NCBI GenBank assembly: GCA_042408215.1
Contig: JAYFMW010000030.1
Location: 1-64,000 of the forward strand
Reading direction: 5' to 3'
DNA: 64,000 nucleotides
Source of the DNA: Microcoleus sp.
GTDB taxonomy: Bacteria > Cyanobacteriota > Cyanobacteriia > Cyanobacteriales > Microcoleaceae
The translations under genes and the position numbers were made by a program. The notes beneath the pieces were generated by a model. That model was not told where the DNA came from. It saw nothing but the letters and a program-made list of their open reading frames with translations, and made no database searches. Shown piece after piece: positions 46,740 through 56,437 of this stretch (position 1 is the stretch's first letter; each line of letters begins with the position of its first letter).

Positions 46740-47648
46740 ATGCAAAATTCGTCCCCCCTGAAACATAAGGATTTACTAGAATCGGCAGTCTGTGATTTTT
46801 TTAGGGGGAATACCAAAAATTTAGAAGAGCTAATCCAAAGCGGATTTGACATTAATATCAGACTTGATGATAATAAAACTGCGCTTATGGAAGCAGTTCG
46901 AGCCGCAGATCTTTATGTTGTTAGATTGCTGGTCGAAGCAGGGGCTGATGTCAACGCTGAGACGGGTGGATACACAGCTTTATGGGATGCAGCCTACTGG
47001 GGATTACAGGAAATTTTTGACTATCTTGCACCCTTAACTTCTTCAGAGTTAAGACAAGAAGCAGAAGAGATACTTTCGGAAGGTTTACTGCGTCGTCAGA
47101 GACTAGATGATACTTTGACAGAAGACTTCATATCCGCTGCTGCAATGGGCAATGTTGAGGCAGTTATTGCTGCTATTCAAAGTGGAGTTAATGTTAATGC
47201 AATTGGTTCCGACGAAAATCCAGCTCTTACTATAGCTGCATACTGGGGTTGGGTAGCTGTGGTAAAGCTTTTGTTAGAGCATAAAGCTGATGCAAATTGT
47301 TTTACAGAAGATCAGCATGAAACTCCATTAACAATGGCTGCTCAAGGTGCGGGACTCGCACGATTCTCACACATAACTTCAGTGACAACAGATGACAACC
47401 AAGTCGCAATTATCGAACTTCTTTTGGCAGCAGGAGCAGATGTGAATGTAAGAACAAAAAAAGGTTGGACGGCTTTAGAAAACGCAGCTGTTTCTGGAAG
47501 TATTAGGGCAGTTAAGCTTTTGCTGGAAGCTGGTGCTGATATTAATGCCAAAGATATTGGGGGTTATACTGCGCTCAGCCGTGCGAAACAAGAAAAAAAT
47601 CAAGAGATTATTCAACTTCTTTTAGAGTGTGGAGCAAAAGAAGATTGA
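46740..47648 (+). CDS. Ankyrin-repeat protein, probable immunity to the cassette-4 toxin
   Basis: TALMEAV...VRLLVEAGADVNA and GWTALENAA...LLLEAGADINAKD. Confidence 0.9.
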   Translation: MQNSSPLKHKDLLESAVCDFFRGNTKNLEELIQSGFDINIRLDDNKTALMEAVRAADLYVVRLLVEAGADVNAETGGYTALWDAAYWGLQEIFDYLAPLTSSELRQEAEEILSEGLLRRQRLDDTLTEDFISAAAMGNVEAVIAAIQSGVNVNAIGSDENPALTIAAYWGWVAVVKLLLEHKADANCFTEDQHETPLTMAAQGAGLARFSHITSVTTDDNQVAIIELLLAAGADVNVRTKKGWTALENAAVSGSIRAVKLLLEAGADINAKDIGGYTALSRAKQEKNQEIIQLLLECGAKED

Positions 47649-47667
47649 AGCAAAAGGTTTTTGAGAT

Positions 47668-48645
47668 ATGGCTCGGTTTAATTATGATAGTTTTGGTAAT
47701 TTGCGGAATGCTTCGGGGACGGGGGCTTCTTTACCTGGAAATGCGGGTGGGGATTTCCGGTTCCAGGGACAGTGGTTGGATGAGGCGACTGGGCTGTACA
47801 ATTTCCGGGCTCGGTATTATGACCCTGAGACGGGGCGGTTTATGAGTTACGATCCGATCGAGCTGATTGAGATGGAACCCGAGAGTAGCAATCCTTATCA
47901 GTTTGTTTACAACAACCCTCATGTTTATAGCGATCCTACGGGGATGTTTTCGATGGCTGAACTTAACACCGCTGATGCTATGAACAACATCCTAAGCTCT
48001 ATGCAGACTTATGGCAGGCAGCAAACTCTTGAGTATTTTAAACAAAAAACAGGTGAAGCTGTGGGTCAAATATTGTTCAACGCCCTTGACAGCTTTATCC
48101 CCACTAGCAACCCATATCGAAGAGGAATACAAGCAGCCCTCGATGCAAGAGAAAGAGATACGGCAGGGAATATGTTTGAGTTTTTCTTGACAGATACGAT
48201 ATGTGAACTCCTGGAACCTATACAGTCATCTATCAACGATATCTGGCTTCAGCCACAGGTAAATAGAGCTGGTTTTGCTGGGGATAATGGCTATCATTGT
48301 CCTGCGAAAGTAGGATTTGATGACATTAGAAAAAACTGGTTTAGACCAGACTACATCGTCAGACGAGGGGAACCAACGAACCATAAACTAAAAAGCTGGT
48401 TAGTCGGTGATATTAAACTCTCTGTAAAAACTGTTAATGACTCCTATGTTGGAGCAAATGGTGGTTCTCCCAGGCAACCAGACCAGTGGTCTGCTATTAC
48501 TAACCACGCCAAAAAACAGGGTTACTTCATAACTGGATTTATAACACTGTTTGATGGAGGTAAACAGAGACAATTATATCTTCAAAACTTGCAGAAAAAA
48601 GCGGTGGAATCGGGAGTTATTGCTTTGATTGTTTCTATAGTATAG
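47668..48645 (+). CDS. Short orphan Rhs-CT cassette 5: last ~95 aa of the cassette-4-type core plus a paralogous PD-DXK toxin
   Basis: 47671-47965 is near-identical to 45706-45998. DPTG at 47932. Tip FRPDYIV...LVGDIKL. Confidence 0.88.
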   Translation: MARFNYDSFGNLRNASGTGASLPGNAGGDFRFQGQWLDEATGLYNFRARYYDPETGRFMSYDPIELIEMEPESSNPYQFVYNNPHVYSDPTGMFSMAELNTADAMNNILSSMQTYGRQQTLEYFKQKTGEAVGQILFNALDSFIPTSNPYRRGIQAALDARERDTAGNMFEFFLTDTICELLEPIQSSINDIWLQPQVNRAGFAGDNGYHCPAKVGFDDIRKNWFRPDYIVRRGEPTNHKLKSWLVGDIKLSVKTVNDSYVGANGGSPRQPDQWSAITNHAKKQGYFITGFITLFDGGKQRQLYLQNLQKKAVESGVIALIVSIV

Positions 48646-48684
48646 TAGAATACATTCATTGCAGAACATTGGTCAAAAATAATA

Positions 48685-49338
48685 ATGTCGCTGATTTATT
48701 TAAGGATTAATGGGGATGACGAATCAAAGCAAGGAGACACAAGACTCCATGACGCAATTGCCACGGGCGATTTGTCACGAATACAAAAATTTATTGAACA
48801 GGGGATTGATGTCAATCAATTAAACTATAAAGAGGGTTTTACCCCCCTAACACAAGCAGTTTTTTTGGGTCATTTAGAAATTTTAAAAGTTCTTATTGAA
48901 GCAGGGGCAAATTTAAGGCAATTCGACAATACACCTTCCACACCATTATGCTTAGCTGCTGAACTAGGTAATATAGAAGCGGTACGACTATTACTGGGGG
49001 CAGGAGCTAATGTCGATCTTGGAGGTTTAGAAAGTCCATTAGGGTGTGCTGTAAATTACGGTCATATAGATATTGCCAATATATTAATTAGCGCAGGTGC
49101 TAAGCTGAATTCAACAGATGAAAGTGGCATAACTCCTTTAATGCTTGCAGCGATATCAGGGCGTCTTGATTTGGCGCAACTTTTGGTTGAAGCTGGTGCA
49201 GATGTAAATGCAGTTGATGAGTATAAAAATACAGCTTTAAGGAAAGCTTCCGAAACCGGACACCAGGATGTGTTCAACTACTTATATCCCTTAACAGATG
49301 ACAAATTTCCCTATATTGATGAAGAAATTCCCTTTTAA
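48685..49338 (+). CDS. Ankyrin-repeat immunity protein ending in IDEEIPF
   Basis: GFTPLTQAV, GITPLMLAA...LLVEAGADVNA. Confidence 0.9.
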   Translation: MSLIYLRINGDDESKQGDTRLHDAIATGDLSRIQKFIEQGIDVNQLNYKEGFTPLTQAVFLGHLEILKVLIEAGANLRQFDNTPSTPLCLAAELGNIEAVRLLLGAGANVDLGGLESPLGCAVNYGHIDIANILISAGAKLNSTDESGITPLMLAAISGRLDLAQLLVEAGADVNAVDEYKNTALRKASETGHQDVFNYLYPLTDDKFPYIDEEIPF

Positions 49339-49470
49339 CCTAATTAGTAATTTCTCTCTTTTAGAGGCTGTTAGAAGTAACAATGTGCAAAAAGTACGCG
49401 CGGAGATTGCTAATACGAATCAAATCGGAGCATTATTTTTAATGCTTTAGACTCGGACTCGGACTGTCGA

Positions 49471-52400
49471 GGACGCGAATTTAGTCAGGAACAAGAACGG
49501 ATACTACGGAGTTAACGGACAGCCCTTCAATCCCGAAAATCCTGCTTTTGGTAGCATTTATATTCTGACTACCAAAGAGGGATTGGTTTACGAGATTGAT
49601 GCCGCGTCTGGAGACTTGTTGACAGCTACCGACAGCAATGGAAACAAGCTGACTTTTAGCGATGCGGGGATTGTTAGCAGTTCAGGTAAGTCGGTGACTT
49701 TTGAGAGGGATGTTGCTGGGAGGATTGTCAGTGTTGTTGACCCGGATGGGAAGAAGGTTAAGTACGAATACGATGCGAAAGGGGATTTGGTTGCTGTTAA
49801 GGACAGGGAGAACAATGCAACTCGGTTTGAGTATGAAGATGAGGACAGACCGCACTTTTTGACTGAGGTTATTGATTCGTTGGGACGGAGTGGAGTTAAG
49901 ACCGAGTACGATGATTCCGGTCGTTTGAAGCAGATGGTTGATGCGAATGGGTCGGCGGTTGAATTGGTTTACGACCCGAATAATTCGATTCAGAAGGTTA
50001 AGGATGTTTTTGGGAAGGAAACGACTTATGTTTACGACAGTCGCGGGAATGTTTTAACTGAGATTGACCCGTTAGGTAAGAGGGTTGACAGGACTTACGA
50101 TGCGGATAACAACGTTCTGACTGAAACCGATGGCGATGGAGTTACAACTAAATTTACCTACGACAATCGCGGAAACCTCCTGACAATTGAAGATGAAGGC
50201 GGCAACATCACCCGCATGACCTACGACAACCGAGGTCGCGCCACTTCAATCGTCTCGCCGACAGGTCTGAAAACCTCAGCTAAATACGACAGCCGCGGTA
50301 ACTTAATTGAAAGCGTTGACACCGACAATCTAAAAACAACTTACACCTACAACGCGCGCGGTCAACTGCTAACTCAAACCGCACCCGACGGTCAAGTTAA
50401 TAAGTTTGAATACGACGATGCAGGTAACATCAAACGCACGATTGACTGTCGCGGGAATCAGGTTGATTTTGATTACAATTCCAACAGCAGAATTGAAGTT
50501 GCTACAACTACATTTACCCTCAACGGTCAAACCCATACTTTGAAGATGGAATACGACTACGATAGCGAGGGTCGAATCGTTGCTAGCAGAACCAGTCAGG
50601 GTAACAACCAATCGATAATTTACGATGCTTTGGGACGGGTAAAATCAACAACTGACGTATTCGGCAACGTCACGACTTACCGCTACGATTTGTCGCTATC
50701 CCCTGGAGAAAACACCACTTTAATTGCAGGCGCAGGGCGGGCAGTTACTCGCATCGACGAAGTTACTTTGCCCGACAACACGCCAACCAACAGCACCGAC
50801 AATCCGAAAGTTATTAACAAGTACGATGCCGCCAACAATCTCATCGCTCAAATCTCTCCCACCGGGCTAGAAACCCGCTACGTTTACGATGCTTTGAACC
50901 GACGGACAGAGACAATTCTGCCGGATTTGACTCCCCTCGATTGGACTGACAATCCCAGGACAAAGACTGAATACTCGGACGGCAATCGGATTAAGTCGCA
51001 AACCGATATCTTGGGCAACAAAACCCAATACTTTTACAACGATATCGGTCAAATCGTGCGAGTTTTAGATGCTTTCAACAAGCCGACAACTTACACCTAC
51101 AACGCGGGCGGTCAGGTGGAAACAGTTACCGATTACCGCAACCGCAAAACTCAATACGTTTACGATGACAAAGCCCGAGTTAAGGAAGTTATTTACTTCG
51201 ACAATTCTCGCTTCAAACTCACCTACGATGATTTGGGCCGGGTCAAGACTGAAACTAACGAACTGAATCAAACCACCACCTACGAATACGATGCCAAAAG
51301 TCGGGTTAAAGCAGTTATTAACGCCAAAAACGAACGCACTGAATTTGAATACGACCACCGCAACAACTTAGTTCGAGTTACCGATTCGCTGCTGCAATCG
51401 ACCGCTTTCAAATACGACGAATACGGACAGCAAGTAGAAGCAACTTTTCACAACGGCGACAAAGTTGCGATGGGTTACGACCGATTCGGTCGCCTTATGG
51501 CCTACACCGATGAAAACCTCAACCCGACTAAATACAGCTACGACAATCTCAGCCAACTCACTCAAATAGAACAACCCAAGCAGGTAGTTAACGGTCAGTT
51601 GAAAGATACTTTCACCAAGTACACCTACGACAACCTATCTCGCTTGGAAAAGATTGAGGATGCCAATAATAAAGTTACCGAATTCGAGTACGACGATTTC
51701 AACCGCAACACCGCAACAATTCTGCCGTTGGGTCAAAGAAACCGCACCGATTACGACAAGTTCGGGCAAGTTACTGCGACCACTGATTTCAACGGCGACA
51801 AGATCGATTACAGTTACGATTCCTTCGGACGCTTGGATGGCAAAACTTTTACAGACCCCGATATCGCAGATGTTTCCTATACCTACGACCCGGTAACTTT
51901 GGGACTGGCAACCGTTACCGACAGACGGGGTGTAACTCAATATACCTACGATAATTACGACAGGTTGGCATCGATTTCGACGCCGGATTTGAAAACTGTC
52001 GGTTACGGCTACGATTTGTTGAGCAATATTACTTCTGTTGTCACTCCTGCGGCAACTACTACCTACGGTTACGATGCCTTAAACCGCTTGGATACTGTTA
52101 GCAAAGGTAATGATATTCTGGCGGATTACGATTACAATGCTGCGGGCAATCTCTCGAAGATTGCGCTAGGTGATGGTTCTGTTGAAGAACGCCAGTACGA
52201 TACCCGCAACCGCTTGAAACAAATTACAACCGAAAATTCAACGGGTACGGTTTTCAGCGATTTCAAATACACTCTCGATGGAGTTGGCAACCGCAAGAAA
52301 GTTGAAGAATTCGGCGGCCGCACTGTCGATTACACTTACGACAACCTCAACCGCCTGACTCAAGAAAAGATGGCGGGCGGCGTTACGTCCAATCGAACTG

Positions 52401-54494
52401 TAGATTACACTTACGATTCGGTTGGCAACCGCTTGACTAAGAATGATTCGGTGGCGGGGTTGGCTAATTATTCTTACGATGGCAATAACCGCCTGCAACA
52501 GCTAACTCAGGGTTCTCAAACTACTGCTTTCAATTACGATGATAACGGTTCGATAATACGGCGTTCTGACGGCACGCAAACTGTTACTTACGACTGGTTT
52601 AATGACGGCGAAAACCGCTTGGCGGGAGTTACTAATTCTGGTTCTGGAGGAATTTCTCAAACTGATTTTGTTTACGATGCTTTCGGCAATCGGGTAGCCA
52701 GCATTGATAACGGCGTCAGAACGAATTATTTGACTGCTTCAACTGGCGGTTTGCCGTCCGTTTTGATGGAGTACGATGCGGCGGGTCAAGTTACTGCCGA
52801 TTACACTCACGGACTCGGTTTGGTTTCTGCCACTCGCAACGGCCGGGAGGGATTCTACCACACCGACGGCATCGGTTCGACGCGGGCGATTACTGATAAT
52901 GTTGGTTTAGTAACTGACCGCTACACTTACGATGCGTTCGGCGGGTTGTTGAACCAAACGGGGACTTTCGGTAATTCATTCCAATTTGCCGGGGAACAGC
53001 GGGACGGTTCTACCGGATTGGATTATTTGCGGGCGCGGTATTACGACCCGAGTTTGGGGCGGTTCATCTCGAAAGATGCGTTTGCTGGCTCTTTAAGCGA
53101 CCCGATGAGCCAGCACGATTACCAGTACGCGCACGCGAATCCGGTGCGGTTTACAGACCCGACAGGCTACTTCTCGATGGGCGATCTGATGGCGACGCTG
53201 AGTGGGGTGTCGGCGCTGGCCGCGATCGGTGGGGTTAGTTTCGGTACGGGTTATATCGGTGGTGCTGTTGCTGGTGGGGCTAGCGGTGAGGAAGTTTTAG
53301 GAATGTTTGGAGAATGGGGTGCTGGTTTTGCCAACGGTGTATCGAGTGGTTATTTAACTGATGTTTATGAATACTCTACTGGGAATAAGATTGAACCGAA
53401 TCATGCGATGCTGTACAGTGCTGGGAATGTGGCTGGGATTGGGGTGTCTTTTCTGACTGGGATGAAGGCTGCTACTTGGGCTACTACTGCGATGGGGCCT
53501 TTGAAGTGGGTAGGTGTTGGGCTGGGTGCGGTAGATACGGGATTCGATGGTTATGGGGCGGCGACTGCTACTAATAATCTTAATCAGAGTTACCAGAATA
53601 ATGGTAAGTTTGAGGTTGAGGATGCTTGGAATCTGAGTGCTTATGTGCCTTTTGGTGTGGCGGCGATTAAGGGTGTTAAGGGTTTATTGGGTGTTGATAA
53701 TGCCCTTAAGAACAGTGCTGACAGTGCGGTAACAAAGGCTGGGAGTTGTTTTGTTGCTGGTACGGAGATTCTCACTGTTGACGGTATCAAGAATATTGAG
53801 GATATTCAAGTTGGAGATTGGGTAATTGCTGACGATCCTACTACTCCGGGGGGGATTGAGGCGAAGGAGGTTTTGGATACGTTTGATAATGAGGTAACTG
53901 AGCTGTTACGATCTTTATGTGGATGGGGAGGTGATTTCTACTACTGGTGAGCATCCTTTCTGGGTGCCGAATTTGGGATGGGTAAAAGCGAAGGATTTGG
54001 TTGTTGGATCGTTGTTACAGACGGATAAGGAGACGTTTGTTGATGTCGATAAGATAGAGCGGCGCGAGGGGAATTTCAAGGTTTACAATTTTGAGGTTGA
54101 GGGGTTCCCGACTTACTTTGTCTCGGAGTTGGGGATTCTGGTTCATAATTCATGCTATGACCCGGACAATCCAAACAGAATAGACTCAAGCACATTAAAT
54201 ATTAATGACTTGATTCAAGCATCTGGGGAACCTATTGGTAAAGGTGGTTTAACAAAAGCAGGCCGTGCATTAGATAAACACGCAGCAGGTCAGAGAGGAA
54301 GTTCTCCTTTTCCACCTTTAACAGGTAATAACGCGAACAAAAACTTAATAGCTGAACAACAAGTAAATGAGATACTCAATCATCCTGATGCTGTTTTTAT
54401 TAGACTTGGAAGAGGGGGAATTGAAGCTAGAGTTCCTGATGGACGTGGAATAAGGTTTGAAGCAGATGGTAGTTTTAGTACATTTGTAGATTAA
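49471..54494 (+). pseudogene. Rhs cassette 6 (5'-truncated; ORFs 49583-53950 and 53919-54494): Rhs cage, Gly-rich hydrophobic segment, polymorphic-toxin HINT domain (frameshift ~53906), small C-terminal toxin
   Basis: DPTG at 53156. CFVAGTEI...TTGEHPFW...VYNFEVE...LVHN-S HINT motifs are split across a +1 shift. Tip GRALDKH...PDGRGIRF. Confidence 0.85.
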
Positions 54495-54504
54495 GAGGGT
54501 CAAA

Positions 54505-54756
54505 ATGGCTATAAATCTAGATTCCGGTTTTGAAATCCTTTATCTTAGTGACATAAAATATGATGAAATGACTGTTGAAATACAATATAAGGGACAACAG
54601 GTCGCACAAATAAATAAAGATAAAGGTGTCGATCGAATGGAAATAGATATATACTCTGAATATGTTACTCCAGATTTTGTGTCAGAACTGAAATTCCCAC
54701 TGAGTGACTTTTTAGAAGCAATAAATGTAGCTAGTAAAGCTTTAAAAGATGCTTAA
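54505..54756 (+). CDS. Small immunity protein for the cassette-6 toxin
   Basis: 83 aa, GAGGG RBS, immediately after the toxin; paralogous to 55357-55599. Confidence 0.8.
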   Translation: MAINLDSGFEILYLSDIKYDEMTVEIQYKGQQVAQINKDKGVDRMEIDIYSEYVTPDFVSELKFPLSDFLEAINVASKALKDA

Positions 54757-54788
54757 ATTAATTCTCCGTTAGTACAATCTCCCTGATT

Positions 54789-55347
54789 CTACCGGGGGAA
54801 CATCCTTTCACCGACGCCCGATCGCGGTAGGGTTGAAGCGAAGGATTTAACTGTCGGGTCGTTGTTGCAAACTGATGAGGAGACGTTTGTTGATGTCGAT
54901 AAAATAGAGCGGCGCGAGGGGAATTTCAAGGTTTACAACTTTGAGGTTGAAGGGTTCCCGACTTACTTTGTCTCTGAGTTGGGGGTGCTGGTTCATAACT
55001 CATGCTACGACCCATCTCATCCAAACAGAATAGATCCAACCACACTAGATTTAAAGGAGCTGGTTAATGCCGCAAATGAACCTTTGGGTAAAGGTGGCTT
55101 AACTAAGGGTGGTCGAGCATTAGATAAGCACGCAACAGGTCAGAGAGGAGTTTCTCCTTTCCCACCTTTAACCGGGAATAACGGTAATAAAAATCTAATT
55201 GCTCAACAACAAGTTGATGAGATTCTATATCATCCTGACGTTGTTTTTGTTGGGATTGGAAACAAGGGTGCTGTTGAAGCTAGAATTCCTGATGGACGTG
55301 GAATAAGATTTAACGGTGATGGTAGTTTGGCGGGATTTGTAGATTAG
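54789..55347 (+). pseudogene. Short orphan cassette 7: C-terminal HINT half plus a paralogue of the cassette-6 toxin (ORF 54862-55347)
   Basis: Starts at the TGEHPF relic (ctaccggggaacatcctttc). LLQTD.ETFVDVDKIERREGNFKVYNFEVEGFPTYFVSELG.LVHNSCYDP is shared with 53919-54494. Confidence 0.85.
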
Positions 55348-55356
55348 GAGATAAAA

Positions 55357-55599
55357 ATGGCGATTAAGTTAGATTCCGGGTTTGAAATTCTCCGTTTCAG
55401 CGATTTAAATTACGAGGAAATAACCGTAGAAATTCATTATAAAGGCGAAGCAATTGCACAAATAAATAAAGATAAAGGTCTTGAGATGCTAGAAATAGAA
55501 ATATATACAGGGTACGCACAACCCGACTTTGTACCAAAATTTGGACTTAGTGATTTATTAGAAGCATTAAATGAAGCAAAAAAGTTACTTCAAGATTAA
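55357..55599 (+). CDS. Small immunity protein for the cassette-7 toxin
   Basis: AGGAG RBS. MAIxLDSGFEIL...TVEI.YKG..IAQINKDKG is shared with 54505-54756. Confidence 0.82.
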   Translation: MAIKLDSGFEILRFSDLNYEEITVEIHYKGEAIAQINKDKGLEMLEIEIYTGYAQPDFVPKFGLSDLLEALNEAKKLLQD

Positions 55600-55661
55600 T
55601 CCATTGCCTACTCTGTTCAACAATGGTCTCCGTTCGCACTCTTTGAATAACACGTGTTCCC

Positions 55662-55691
55662 TGTACAAAAACCAACTACCACGCATAAAAT
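55662..55691 (+). promoter_or_regulatory. Candidate sigma70 promoter TGTACA-N18-TAAAAT (copy 2)
   Basis: Same hexamers, same spacing and nearly the same distance to ATG (27 vs 28 nt) as 30186-30215. Confidence 0.5.
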
Positions 55692-55718
55692 ACAAACAAT
55701 ACCACCTTACAAACAACC

Positions 55719-56426
55719 ATGGCACCAAAAATAACCATCCAAGAATTAGCTTTAGCCCTAACTGCCAAAAACCACTCTCCCACCCTCCTTAACTCGGATT
55801 TCCTCAAATACAGCGGCATCGTCCCTGCCGACTGGGAACTCGCCCGCCCTCCCGTTTTCAGTCCCCAAATCTCTCAAGCCGCCTTCACCAACGGCATCAA
55901 CATCGTCGCCCAATCGAACGCCATCACTTTCATCGAATCCCTGAGCACAAAATCACAAGAAGACGTAAAAATTCCCGACATTATTCGGAAGTACGTTGAA
56001 GCTTTGCCCCGCACCGACTATCAAACATTGAGCATCAATCCTAGAAGTTTTATCACCTTTGAAGCAGGCGATGAAAATGCAGCCCGCGAGTTTATCACGT
56101 CCACTTTACTCGCAAAAGGCACTTGGTCTGATGTGGGGAAAGCTCCTGTCAAAGCTGCTGTCAATTTAGTTTACTCTTTAGAACAAGGAGAACTTAACTT
56201 GAGCGTTGCCGAAGCATTGCTGCAACTGCAAGACGCCGAGCCAACTCCCGCAGTATTGTTTTCCGGCAGCTTTCAGTACGAAATTGCAGGGGAATTAGAA
56301 GGCGAGAAACTGCAACACTTGTACAAGCTTTTGGAAAATTGGCAGCCCGATTTAGAAGCTTACAGGGAAATCGTCAACGTGCGGTTTTTGGGGAAAGAAG
56401 TTGAAAAGTTGCCGTCTGCCGCGTAA
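55719..56426 (+). CDS. Conserved hypothetical protein, copy 2
   Basis: Intact 235-aa paralogue of 30244-30954 with many synonymous differences. Confidence 0.88.
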   Translation: MAPKITIQELALALTAKNHSPTLLNSDFLKYSGIVPADWELARPPVFSPQISQAAFTNGINIVAQSNAITFIESLSTKSQEDVKIPDIIRKYVEALPRTDYQTLSINPRSFITFEAGDENAAREFITSTLLAKGTWSDVGKAPVKAAVNLVYSLEQGELNLSVAEALLQLQDAEPTPAVLFSGSFQYEIAGELEGEKLQHLYKLLENWQPDLEAYREIVNVRFLGKEVEKLPSAA

Positions 56427-56437
56427 AGGATAAGAAG

